Positions 36,023-45,408 of a stretch of 64,000 nucleotides of DNA are shown one piece after another. The stretch is taken from positions 2,167 to 66,166 of the forward strand of contig QAKH01000036.1 in the NCBI GenBank assembly GCA_003343885.1, in the 5' to 3' direction. Under the pieces are notes generated by a model. That model was not told the origin of the DNA and searched no databases. It saw only the letters and a list, made by a program, of their open reading frames with translations. The DNA is from Clostridiales bacterium. GTDB lineage: Bacteria; Bacillota; Clostridia; Oscillospirales; CAG-382. Within the stretch, counting starts at the first letter, position 1. Every line of letters begins with the position of its first letter. The position numbers and the translations under genes are program-made.

Positions 36023-38179
36023 TCACATAAACAGCAGATCCGCAGTGTTTATATTTTCAGCCTTTAAAAAGTCATACATGTCATGCACTCTGCACGCACG
36101 GTATTCTTCGGCCGTGTGGCAGTCGGACCCTACGCTTATAAACATCCCCGCTTCTTTAACGACATTCTGTTTTGCCGTATCTGACATAAAATCTTTTACG
36201 TATTGGTGCTCTCTGTAAAAATGAACCTTGTCACAGCATACGTTCATTTCCCAAATTATACCCTTTTGAGCTAAAAGCTTGAAATATTCGTGAGCGTCAT
36301 ATCCGTATTTTTCGCAATACCTGAACAAATCGGTATGTGCAATGACACACCGTGTCCCTATCTTTTCACAAAATTCAAGCAAGTTTCCTCCAACCACGCT
36401 TTCTTCATCGGTGATATGCTCGACAAGGCAGTAATCGTATTCAGACAGCTTTGACAGGTCCTGCATTTCAAAAAGCGTTTTTCTGGTTGCTATTTCGACA
36501 GCACACAGAACCTTTATCTGTTCAGAGTATTTGCCAGCAAGATCACGTATCTTTTTAATATATAAATCCTGTTTTTGAGAAACATCGTAGCAATGATCGG
36601 AAATTCCGATGAGCTTTATTCCGTTTTCCACAGCTGAAAGTATAATTTTTTCCGGCCTGTCTTTGCCGCACGAAGAGAAGTTTGTATGCGTATGAAGGTC
36701 AAATACGCATCTCGCCCTATATTTTTTGAAAAGCTCTACGCTTGCTTTATATTCGCCGTGTCCTCTTATTTCAAGTATCACCGGAGCTTTTGATATCGCT
36801 CCTGTGCTCCAGCATTTAAAAAATGAAGCGTAAGATATAAGGCTGCCGTACACATCGGTAATCGGCATATGATTGAGCATTTTGTCGGACTGTTCATCCT
36901 TAACAGTTTGGTGAATGTGATAACCGACGCTATACCGTCCTGTTTCAGCATACCATGTTGAAATCGGGTATTTCTGACTGAACGGAGCGTTATTTCTCGC
37001 ATGTCCTACATCAAGGTTAATGCCTATTACACGTGTACACTTCTTCCTGAGATGCTTCATAAACTCGACGCATTCCTCCGGTAGATATCCGAACCGTCTT
37101 GACTCTGCCTGTCCGGTTCGCTCAATCTCGGTCATATGCATGTTTTCAACGCCTATTACACACTTTGCGGGCAAAAGAGCGAAACGTTTTGCAAGAAAAT
37201 CTGAAATATTATCAAAAGCCGCTTTGTCTTTTTTTACGGTGTCAATACTGATTTTCGGCACATGTACGGTAATTCTGTCCGCGCCAAGGGAACTTGCTGT
37301 CATTGTAAATTTATCCCAATCAGCCTGATTTTCAATATTGCCGGAAGAATAAACTATTTCCGGAGCGTGCATTGACAAATTCACTCCGCCGGATTTTCTC
37401 CAGGCCGCTATTGAATCATGCAAGGTTCCGGCATCTGTCCCGAGTGCGTTATATCTGAGCTCAATGCACTTAAGCCCTTCCTTTTCGGCGTAATTTATAT
37501 CCTGCGGCACATCAAAGCACGATATTCCTATGTAGTCGTAAATATCGCCGGGTACAGGGCAAAAGTAACATGATTTTGTAATCTCTCCGCTTTCGGTGTC
37601 GTAATACACAATGCTCGGATTTTCACCTATGGACTTGTCAGGATCAAGTGCGGGAAGTGATAAAGAATTCTCGGCAAAGCTGCTCTTGTGAAGATGCCCG
37701 TATACAAGCAAGGACTTCTGATGGCGTTTCCGCCAGTCCTCAAAGCGTTTTTTTGAACTCTCCTCCAAGCTACCTGACGGATGGTGCATAACGACAATGG
37801 AATTTTCATCCGCCTTCTCAAGCGTTTCAAACGTTGATAGGTCGATAATCTTTTCACTGTCGTTGACGGCGAAAATTTTTATCTTTTCTGAAAGTATGTT
37901 CTCACATGGCGAACATAAACTTTGCATGTAAGAAATATTTTTCGGAGTGCGGCAGTCTGAGTTTCCGGGTATTACTATGCACGGAACTGTAAGCGACTGT
38001 ATTTTTCTAACAAAGCGTTTTGCGGCAAAAATGTTGCCGTCGGCGGTAAAATCTCCAGCAAAAACGACAGCGTCAGCCCTTTTATTCTTCAAGTCACTGC
38101 ACGCCCAGTCAAGCGCATCATACTGAACAGTGCGCTTATTATACGAAAGGTGCAGATCGCACATAAAACATATTAACAT
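36023..38179 (-). CDS. Three-domain fusion protein: calcineurin-like metallophosphoesterase, xylose-isomerase-like TIM barrel and PHP (polymerase/histidinol phosphatase) domain
   Basis: N-terminus: CDLHLS, FAGDFTADGN, IPGNSD, VVMHHP, YGHLH. Middle: GLKCIELRY, LSMHAPE, ITVHVP, GVENMH, NLDVGHA. C-terminus: FDLHTHTNFSSCG, GISDHCY, AHTD, VGSDCH. Confidence 0.7.
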   Translation of the reverse strand: MLICFMCDLHLSYNKRTVQYDALDWACSDLKNKRADAVVFAGDFTADGNIFAAKRFVRKIQSLTVPCIVIPGNSDCRTPKNISYMQSLCSPCENILSEKIKIFAVNDSEKIIDLSTFETLEKADENSIVVMHHPSGSLEESSKKRFEDWRKRHQKSLLVYGHLHKSSFAENSLSLPALDPDKSIGENPSIVYYDTESGEITKSCYFCPVPGDIYDYIGISCFDVPQDINYAEKEGLKCIELRYNALGTDAGTLHDSIAAWRKSGGVNLSMHAPEIVYSSGNIENQADWDKFTMTASSLGADRITVHVPKISIDTVKKDKAAFDNISDFLAKRFALLPAKCVIGVENMHMTEIERTGQAESRRFGYLPEECVEFMKHLRKKCTRVIGINLDVGHARNNAPFSQKYPISTWYAETGRYSVGYHIHQTVKDEQSDKMLNHMPITDVYGSLISYASFFKCWSTGAISKAPVILEIRGHGEYKASVELFKKYRARCVFDLHTHTNFSSCGKDRPEKIILSAVENGIKLIGISDHCYDVSQKQDLYIKKIRDLAGKYSEQIKVLCAVEIATRKTLFEMQDLSKLSEYDYCLVEHITDEESVVGGNLLEFCEKIGTRCVIAHTDLFRYCEKYGYDAHEYFKLLAQKGIIWEMNVCCDKVHFYREHQYVKDFMSDTAKQNVVKEAGMFISVGSDCHTAEEYRACRVHDMYDFLKAENINTADLLFM

Positions 38180-38278
38180 TACAACCTCTGAATTATTCGG
38201 AAAAATCTAAGTATTTGATATTCAGTTTGTCCTGTCATGCGGTATCTGATTTCTGTACGACATAACATATTCAAAAAT

Positions 38279-38956
38279 TTACGGATGTTCACGGTTCTCG
38301 CGGTACGCCGCCATTATCTCTTTAAAAATTTCTCCGTTTGACGGCGGAGTCCAGGTTATTGCGTTTGCGCCTGCGGCAATGGTTTCAAGAATACTTTCGT
38401 CCGTCGGGCCGCCTGTCGCTATAACCGGAATTTTGGGAAATTCTTTCTTTATTCTCCTCACAACCTCTGGCGTTGAAGCTGCTGCGGAAACATTAAGTAT
38501 AGAAGCTCCGGCTTCAATTCTTGCCGCAATATCTTCATCACTTCTGACAACCGTTACAACCGCAGGTATATCGATGGTATGGACAACGTCCCTTAACACT
38601 TCATTTTTTGTAGGTGCGTTAACCACAACGCCGGTCGCTCCCTGCATTTCGGCAAACATGGCAAGGTTTACTACTCTTTGTCCGCCCGTAAGTCCTCCGC
38701 CTACCCCTGCAAAAACCGGGATATCGGCAGCCATGAGAAGCGCCTGTGTTATAACCGGCTGAGGTGTAAAAGGATATACGGCAATTATTGCGTCTGCGTT
38801 TACGTTCTTTATTATACATAGGTCCGTAGAAAAAACAAGAGATTTTATTCTCTTTCCGAATATAACTATTCCGCTGCATTTACGAATAACTTCCGGAACT
38901 CTCAGGTTGAATTTTCTGAGGTTCCCATCAATTTCATCGGGTAATACTTTCGGCAT
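38279..38956 (-). CDS. Uncharacterised phosphate-binding TIM-barrel protein (ribulose-phosphate-binding-barrel-like)
   Basis: 225 aa. Alternating beta/alpha pattern, with G-rich phosphate-loop-like segments VFAGVGGGLTGG and PVIATGGP. No specific family recognised. Confidence 0.4.
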   Translation of the reverse strand: MPKVLPDEIDGNLRKFNLRVPEVIRKCSGIVIFGKRIKSLVFSTDLCIIKNVNADAIIAVYPFTPQPVITQALLMAADIPVFAGVGGGLTGGQRVVNLAMFAEMQGATGVVVNAPTKNEVLRDVVHTIDIPAVVTVVRSDEDIAARIEAGASILNVSAAASTPEVVRRIKKEFPKIPVIATGGPTDESILETIAAGANAITWTPPSNGEIFKEIMAAYRENREHP

Positions 38957-39419
38957 CTCGTTCCCTCTTTTCTAAATTATTCTGTCTTGATTATACAAAA
39001 AATAACTCTTTATATAAACAGTTTTGCTTCAACGTTTTTTTAATTTAATGTTAAGATAAACAAAATCTCGTTAAAATAATGTACAGTTTGGATTATATGT
39101 GTATTTTTTGTTACTTATATCATTTTGAAAAATATCGGATTTTCTCGCATATACACTTTATTTCTTTGAAATATTCTAAAAATCGTTATGCGTATTTTAC
39201 GCATATTTCGACACGAGATGACATTTTTTTATTAACAAATTTGTAGGATTTTGTCATTGATTTTTACTATCACAACATGTATCATTATCATGTCGGGTAT
39301 TGAGCACAGAGTTTTTCATTAATTTGACTGTTGCACAAGGGAACGCTGCCTGTGCCTGAATTTTTTGCCTGTCAAAAAGTGTTTGCGCCGCAAAGCAACA
39401 CGGCGCGGAGGTGTGAAGA

Positions 39420-40529
39420 TTGGACAAAAGTGTTATTGTAAGTCTGAAAAACATCGTCATGAATTTTGACGATGAGCAGGTTTTAAAGGGTATCAATCTC
39501 GATATCCATGACAAGGAGTTTATTACCTTGCTCGGCCCCTCCGGTTGCGGTAAAACTACCACATTACGCATAATAGGCGGTTTTATTGAGCCGCATGAAG
39601 GGGACGTTTTCTTTGACGGGAAACGGATAAACAAAATACCTCCGTACAAGCGGCAGGTAAACACCGTTTTCCAGAAATACGCACTTTTCCCACACTTGAA
39701 TGTTTTTGAAAACATTGCGTTCGGGCTCAGATTAAAAAAGACTCCGGAAAAAGAGATAAAAACGCGGGTTCTTGAAATGCTGGAACTTGTAAATCTCAAA
39801 GGATACGGCGCAAAGAGAGTCGATTTTCTCTCCGGCGGTCAACAGCAAAGAGTTGCAATAGCAAGAGCTCTTATAAATCACCCTCGCATGCTGCTTTTGG
39901 ACGAGCCGCTGGGTGCGCTTGATTTACAGCTTCGCAAAGAAATGCAGATTGAGCTAAAGCGAATGCAGCAGCAGCTCGGAATTACATTTATTTACGTTAC
40001 TCACGACCAAGAAGAAGCCTTGACAATGTCTGACCGCATTGTTGTAATGAACCGCGGCATGATAGACCAGATTGGCACTCCGGAAGATATATACAACGAA
40101 CCGGCAAACACCTTTGTTGCCCGCTTTATCGGTGAAAGCAACATTGTGTCCGGCATTATGCACGATGACTTTGACGTTGAATTTGCCGGCAAGCATTTTG
40201 TCTGTGTTGACAAGGGCTTTGACAAGATGGAGCCGGTCGATATAGTTATCCGTCCCGAAGATATACGCTTCAAACAGCCTGATGAAAACACCATTGACGG
40301 AACCGTTGAGACGGTAACTTTCAAGGGCGTGCATTTTGAAATGATTGTGGACAGCTTCGGAACAAAATGGAAAATACATTCGACCAAAGCCGCCGAGCCG
40401 GGTTCTTTTATCGGCATGGCGCTGACTCCGGAAGATATCCATATCATGCATAAGAGCTATGCTTCCAATATGAATATCGAAGAAGCTTCTTCAATTCAGG
40501 AGGGTGCCGTGAATGAAAAAGAACTCTAA
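39420..40529 (+). CDS. potA: Spermidine/putrescine ABC transporter ATP-binding protein
   Basis: Walker [10 protein letters not shown], signature [15 protein letters not shown], Walker [12 protein letters not shown], and a C-terminal TOBE-like regulatory domain. TTG start 10 nt after GGAGG. Confidence 0.9.
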   Translation: MDKSVIVSLKNIVMNFDDEQVLKGINLDIHDKEFITLLGPSGCGKTTTLRIIGGFIEPHEGDVFFDGKRINKIPPYKRQVNTVFQKYALFPHLNVFENIAFGLRLKKTPEKEIKTRVLEMLELVNLKGYGAKRVDFLSGGQQQRVAIARALINHPRMLLLDEPLGALDLQLRKEMQIELKRMQQQLGITFIYVTHDQEEALTMSDRIVVMNRGMIDQIGTPEDIYNEPANTFVARFIGESNIVSGIMHDDFDVEFAGKHFVCVDKGFDKMEPVDIVIRPEDIRFKQPDENTIDGTVETVTFKGVHFEMIVDSFGTKWKIHSTKAAEPGSFIGMALTPEDIHIMHKSYASNMNIEEASSIQEGAVNEKEL

Positions 40530-41334
40530 GATTTCATCTCTCCCTTACATCATCTGGATACTGATTTTCACCATAATTCCGTTTATTCTGGTAATATGGT
40601 ACGCTTTTACAGACAATCAGACAGGCGCTTTCACTCTTGACAATGTTGTGAATTCAAGCTCCTATCTCCCCGTTCTGATAAAATCCGTTTCACTCGCTTT
40701 TATAGCAACGCTCATCTGTTTGCTTATAGCATATCCGCTGGCTTACATTATGTCAAAAAAATCGGCTGCGGTTCAGCGTGCGTTTATGATGCTTATAATG
40801 CTTCCGATGTGGATGAACTTTCTCTTGCGCACCTACGCATGGATGACTATTCTCGAAGACAACGGCATTATCAACAACATACTCGGATTTTTCGGACTGC
40901 CTGCCGCAAGGCTTATCAATACTTCCGGCGCCGTGGTTTTAGGAATGGTATACAACTACCTGCCCTTTATGATCCTTCCTCTTTTTTCCATAATGACAAA
41001 AATAGATAAGAGTGTCATAGAAGCCGCCCAAGACCTCGGATGCAATCCCATAACCGTTATACGCAAGGTTGTTGTGCCGTTAAGCTTTCCCGGAATTGCA
41101 ACAGGTATTACCATGACTTTTGTGCCGTGCGTGAGCACCTTCATTATATCAAGACTTTTGGGCGGAAGCGACTGTTATCTTATCGGCGACCTTATCGAGG
41201 AACAGTTTAAGCTAAAAGGCGTCGGTTTCCATGTCGGCTCGGCTACTTCCCTTGTACTCATGATAGTTGTGCTTATAAGCATGGGAATTCTAAACCAGTT
41301 TGACAGTGATGAAATGGAGGATTCGATAAAATGA
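40513..41334 (+). CDS. potB: Spermidine/putrescine ABC transporter permease
   Basis: 6 TM helices, EAA loop [21 protein letters not shown]. Overlaps the end of potA. Confidence 0.85.
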   Translation: MKKNSKISSLPYIIWILIFTIIPFILVIWYAFTDNQTGAFTLDNVVNSSSYLPVLIKSVSLAFIATLICLLIAYPLAYIMSKKSAAVQRAFMMLIMLPMWMNFLLRTYAWMTILEDNGIINNILGFFGLPAARLINTSGAVVLGMVYNYLPFMILPLFSIMTKIDKSVIEAAQDLGCNPITVIRKVVVPLSFPGIATGITMTFVPCVSTFIISRLLGGSDCYLIGDLIEEQFKLKGVGFHVGSATSLVLMIVVLISMGILNQFDSDEMEDSIK

Positions 41335-42134
41335 AAAAGATGTTCTCCAAAGTATATACGGGAATTTGCTTTGCGTTCCTGTACGTACCGATAGCAGTGC
41401 TTATAGTCTTCTCCTTTAACACAAGCAAGGGAGCAACATGGACCGGTTTTACGACGAAATGGTATGCGGAATTGTTCCGCAATGAGGAAATTATTTCTTC
41501 ATTCGTCAACACATTGATAGTTGCTCTTGCCGCTTCTGTCTTTGCCACAATTCTCGGAACAACTGCCGCTTTCGGTATGCACGGCATGAAAAAATTCTCC
41601 AAAAGCACCATGCGTACCATCACTTATATCCAGATACTTAATCCTGAAATCGTAACCGGTATTTCTCTAATGCTCCTGTTTGCGTATTTCAAGTTTTCGT
41701 CCGGATTTTTGACGCTCATACTTGCGCATATTACTTTCTGCGTTCCGACAGTAGTACTTAGCGTACTGCCGAAACTGCGGCAAATGAACGTAAGTCTTTA
41801 CGAGGCTGCGATGGATCTCGGATGCAATCGTTTCCAAGCCTTTACAAAGGTTGTTATTCCGGAAATTATGCCGGGTATTGTGTCCGGATTCTTAATGGCT
41901 CTGACCTATTCGATAGACGATTTCGTAATAAGCTATTTTACTTCCGGAACCACCTCTCAGACGCTGCCGGTCGTGATATACAGCATGACAAAAAAACAAG
42001 TTACACCGACGATATATGCGTTATCTACGCTTATGTTTGTAGGCGTGCTTGCAGTTCTTATAATATACAATATTGTGGACATGCGTTTTGAGAACGAAAA
42101 GAAAAAAGCTGCAGGAGCAGCGAGAAAAGCGTAA
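41331..42134 (+). CDS. potC: Spermidine/putrescine ABC transporter permease
   Basis: 6 TM helices, EAA loop YEAAMDLGCNRFQAFTKVVIP. ATGA overlap with potB. Confidence 0.85.
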   Translation: MKKMFSKVYTGICFAFLYVPIAVLIVFSFNTSKGATWTGFTTKWYAELFRNEEIISSFVNTLIVALAASVFATILGTTAAFGMHGMKKFSKSTMRTITYIQILNPEIVTGISLMLLFAYFKFSSGFLTLILAHITFCVPTVVLSVLPKLRQMNVSLYEAAMDLGCNRFQAFTKVVIPEIMPGIVSGFLMALTYSIDDFVISYFTSGTTSQTLPVVIYSMTKKQVTPTIYALSTLMFVGVLAVLIIYNIVDMRFENEKKKAAGAARKA

Positions 42135-42204
42135 AATCGGCATGAAATTTCGTTGACTGCGGCAAAAGCCGCGGCAACTGAAAATAAAAAAGGAGAAACA
42201 CAAA

Positions 42205-43410
42205 ATGAAAAAAGTATTATCAGCAATTACAACCGCTGTTATTGCGGCAGTTCTTCTGAGCGTCGGGATTTCCGCTCAGGTTGCGGTAGACGATGAAAGC
42301 TACTACGCAGCGTTCCGTGACAAGGGAATAACTCTTAATGTGTACAACTGGGGAGAATATATTTCCGACGGTACCGACGGAAGTCTCGATATTATTGAAG
42401 AATTTGAGAATATTTCAGGTATCACGGTAAACTATACGCTGTTTGACACCAATGAAGATATGTATGCGAAGCTTGCACACGGCGGTTCTCAGTACGACAT
42501 AATCATTCCGTCGGACTACATGATTGCGCGCCTTATCGATGAAGATATGCTTGAAAAAATCGATTATAACAACATTCCGAACATCAAGTATATCGACGAC
42601 AAGTACCGCTACACGGATTTTGACCCGAATGCCGAATATTCAGTACCGTATACCTGGGGCATGGTCGGACTTGTTTACAACACAAAGTACGTCACCGCAG
42701 AAGAGGCAAGTTCATGGGATGTGCTCTGGAACGAAAAATTCAAGGGCAAAGTGCTTATGTTCGGTAACAGCAGAGACGCTTTTGCGATTGCGCTTAAAAA
42801 GCTCGGCTATTCGTTAAACACTGAAAATCTTGACGAAATAACCGAGGCTTCGGAAGCTCTTACTGCGCAGAAAGAAGTAAATCAGGCTTACGCTATGGAC
42901 CAGACGTTTGACAAAATGGCAAACGAGAACGCTTACGCCGCTCCGTACTACGCCGGCGACTGCCTTACCATGATGGAGCGAAACAGTGATCTCGCTTTCT
43001 CATATCCCAAAGAAGGCGTAAACAGATTTATCGACTCTATCTGTATACCCAAGGGCACGCAGAACAAGCAGGCTGCCGAGGCGTTTATCAACTTCCTTTG
43101 TGAAACAGAAGTGGCTGTTGCAAACTGTGAGTATATTTCCTATTTTACTCCGCACACTGTTGCCGCAGAGCAGTTAGGCGTTGATGAGCGCATATACCCA
43201 TCCGACGAGGTTATTTCAAATTCTGAAACGTTTGTTATGTTGGGCGATGAAGCAAATGCGCTCATGGAAGACCTGTGGTTAAAAATCCGCAGCACCTCGT
43301 CTTTTGACAGCACGATTTTCCCGTTGGCAATAATAATCATTCTTGCGCTTGTTATATTTGTAATTTTGTATGTTGTCAGAAAACGCAAAAAGTCTAAAAT
43401 TGATTACTAA
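42205..43410 (+). CDS. potD: Polyamine-binding protein (PotD/PotF family) with an N-terminal signal sequence lacking a lipobox and an extra C-terminal TM anchor
   Basis: LNVYNWGEYI, PSDYM and YTWG motifs of PotD. The N-terminus MKKVLSAITTAVIAAVLLSVGISAQ has no Cys. The C-terminus is IFPLAIIIILALVIFVILYVVRKRKKSK. Confidence 0.8.
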   Translation: MKKVLSAITTAVIAAVLLSVGISAQVAVDDESYYAAFRDKGITLNVYNWGEYISDGTDGSLDIIEEFENISGITVNYTLFDTNEDMYAKLAHGGSQYDIIIPSDYMIARLIDEDMLEKIDYNNIPNIKYIDDKYRYTDFDPNAEYSVPYTWGMVGLVYNTKYVTAEEASSWDVLWNEKFKGKVLMFGNSRDAFAIALKKLGYSLNTENLDEITEASEALTAQKEVNQAYAMDQTFDKMANENAYAAPYYAGDCLTMMERNSDLAFSYPKEGVNRFIDSICIPKGTQNKQAAEAFINFLCETEVAVANCEYISYFTPHTVAAEQLGVDERIYPSDEVISNSETFVMLGDEANALMEDLWLKIRSTSSFDSTIFPLAIIIILALVIFVILYVVRKRKKSKIDY

Positions 43411-43475
43411 TCGCATTACGCATTATTACCAGCAAAACTTTTTTTGAGATTTTAATATATTTATTACAAAAACAA

Positions 43476-43520
43476 AAAAGTAGATACATGGTGGTTTTCC
43501 ATGTGTCTACTTTTATTTTA
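43476..43520 (+). terminator. Rho-independent terminator of the pot operon
   Basis: AAAAGTAGATACATGG-loop-CCATGTGTCTACTTTT followed by a T-rich run. Confidence 0.8.
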
Positions 43521-43589
43521 CTACTTCACCTTGAAAAAGTTGTCTGAAAGTGGTATAATTATGCAAGTAACAAATTCGGAGTGATACTG

Positions 43590-44069
43590 TTGACCAAAAC
43601 CAACGCAATGCGACTGCTTGACGCAGCCGGAATAAAATATGAAACAAAAGAATACGAATACGACGAAAGCGACTTAACAGGACTGCACATAGCTAAAAGC
43701 ATAGGGCTTGATCCGGATATGGTATTCAAAACTCTTGTCGCAAGAGCGGATAAAACTCCGTATGTAGTATTCTGCATACCTTGCGCATACGAGCTGGACT
43801 TGAAAAAATGCGCCCGAATGACAGGAAACAAGCGCATAGAATTAGTTGCTGTAAAAGAGTTACTGCCGCTTACGGGATACATTCGAGGCGGGTGTTCGCC
43901 GATTGGCATGAAAAAGCATTTTCCCACATTCATTGACGAAACGGCTCTGTTATTCGATAAAATCACCGTGAGCGCGGGAGTCAGAGGGTGTCAGCTCATT
44001 CTATCGCCGGAGGATTTAATACGGTATACAAATGCGCAAACATGTGATTTAACCGAAAATACAAACTGA
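43590..44069 (+). CDS. ybaK: Cys-tRNA(Pro)/Cys-tRNA(Cys) deacylase
   Basis: The N-terminus TKTNAMRLLDAAGI.YE, and later GGCSPIGMKK, are typical of YbaK. I prefer the TTG at 43590 after GGAG; the track starts at the GTG at 43581. Confidence 0.8.
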   Translation: MTKTNAMRLLDAAGIKYETKEYEYDESDLTGLHIAKSIGLDPDMVFKTLVARADKTPYVVFCIPCAYELDLKKCARMTGNKRIELVAVKELLPLTGYIRGGCSPIGMKKHFPTFIDETALLFDKITVSAGVRGCQLILSPEDLIRYTNAQTCDLTENTN

Positions 44070-44078
44070 TACGAACGC

Positions 44079-44115
44079 AAAAAAAGCACGCTGTCAAAAC
44101 AGCGTGCTTTAGTAT
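44079..44115. terminator. Bidirectional terminator between convergent ybaK and dapL
   Basis: AAAGCACGCTG-TCAAAA-CAGCGTGCTTT flanked by A and T runs. Confidence 0.8.
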
Positions 44116-44126
44116 TAAAAAAATAA

Positions 44127-45311
44127 TTACTTTTGAGAAGCTTTAATTATTCTGTTTACCGCTTCTACAACATTTTCTCTTGAATTGAATGCGGTAAGAC
44201 GGAAGAATCCCTCGCCGTTAATACCGAATCCCTCGCCCGGCGTTCCGACGACGTTTGCCTTTTCCAAAAGGAAGTCAAAGTATTCCCATGACTTCATACC
44301 GTCCGGGCACTTAAGCCATATATAAGGTGAATTTTTGCCGCCGGTATGCCAAATGCCTACCTTACTTAAAGCGTCGGAAACAATAGCGGCGTTTTCCATG
44401 TAGTAATCAATATTTTCCTTTATCTGCTTTCTGCCCTCTTCACTGAACACAGCGGCGGCGCCTTTCTGGATAATATACGGCACTCCGTTGAACTTTGTGG
44501 TCTGGCGTCTTAACCAAAGCTTATTAAGCGACACGCCTTCAAAAACAAGGTCATGCGGTACAACTGTATATCCGCAGCGAGTTCCGGTAAAGCCTGCTGT
44601 TTTAGAGAATGAGCAGAATTCTATAACGCATTTCTTTGCACCTTCTATCTGATAGATGCTTGTCGGCAGGCTCTCGTCACGAATGAATGCTTCATACGCC
44701 GAATCAAAAAGAATGAGGGCGTTCATGGACACCGCGTAATCAATCCACACCTTGAGCTGCTCTGCGTTATAAACGGCGCCTGTGGGGTTGTTGGGAGAAC
44801 ACATGTAAATTATATCAGCCTTAACCGAGCTGTCGGGCATAGGAAGAAAGTCGTTTTCCTTGGTTGCGTTGGCATACACAATTTTTCTTCCCGCCATAGT
44901 ATTTGTGTCAACATAAACCGGATAAACCGGATCGGGGATAAGCACGGTATTGTCCACCGAGAAGATATCGAGAATATTTCCAAGGTCGCTCTTTGCTCCG
45001 TCAGAAACGAATATTTCCTCCGACTGGAGAGACACACCTTTTTGCTCGTAATACACGCGAATTTCTTCCTTCAGGAAATCATATCCCTGCTCCGGACCGT
45101 AGCCGTGAAAAGTTTCTTTCACGCCCATCTCCTCTGACGCCGCTTTCAGTGCGTCAACAACTGCCGGCACAAGCGGAAGCGTTACGTCGCCGATACCGAG
45201 GCGTATAATGGAAGCGTTCGGGTTTTCCTTGGAAAACGCCGCTACCTTTTTTGATATGGTAGAAAAAAGGTAACTTTCTTTTAACTGCAAATAATTCTTA
45301 TTAACTTTCAT
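44127..45311 (-). CDS. dapL: LL-diaminopimelate aminotransferase
   Basis: 394 aa. N-terminus [27 protein letters not shown], and the PLP-lysine region [15 protein letters not shown]. Confidence 0.85.
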   Translation of the reverse strand: MKVNKNYLQLKESYLFSTISKKVAAFSKENPNASIIRLGIGDVTLPLVPAVVDALKAASEEMGVKETFHGYGPEQGYDFLKEEIRVYYEQKGVSLQSEEIFVSDGAKSDLGNILDIFSVDNTVLIPDPVYPVYVDTNTMAGRKIVYANATKENDFLPMPDSSVKADIIYMCSPNNPTGAVYNAEQLKVWIDYAVSMNALILFDSAYEAFIRDESLPTSIYQIEGAKKCVIEFCSFSKTAGFTGTRCGYTVVPHDLVFEGVSLNKLWLRRQTTKFNGVPYIIQKGAAAVFSEEGRKQIKENIDYYMENAAIVSDALSKVGIWHTGGKNSPYIWLKCPDGMKSWEYFDFLLEKANVVGTPGEGFGINGEGFFRLTAFNSRENVVEAVNRIIKASQK

Positions 45312-45337
45312 GCTCTGTAAAACTCCTTTTTTGGTAT

Positions 45338-45408
45338 TGTCAGTCTGTTAGGTCAGTACCTGCCATTCTGTCAGCCGGTCAGTCAGTCGGTCTGTCAGTC
45401 TGTCAGTC
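45338..45408. repeat. Degenerate microrepeat, about 7 copies of (T/G)GTCAG(T/C)C, filling the dapF-dapL spacer and running into the dapF stop codon
   Basis: Read directly: TGTCAGTC..GGTCAGTA..TGTCAGCC GGTCAGTC AGTC GGTC TGTCAGTC TGTCAGTC. On the transcribed strand this gives CTGACTGACTGA-type stops in all three frames. Confidence 0.85.

Noticed and set aside
45338-45408. A CRISPR-like or minisatellite array in the dapF-dapL spacer.
   Set aside because: The units are only 8 nt with no spacers, so this is not a CRISPR array. It is reported as a microrepeat instead.
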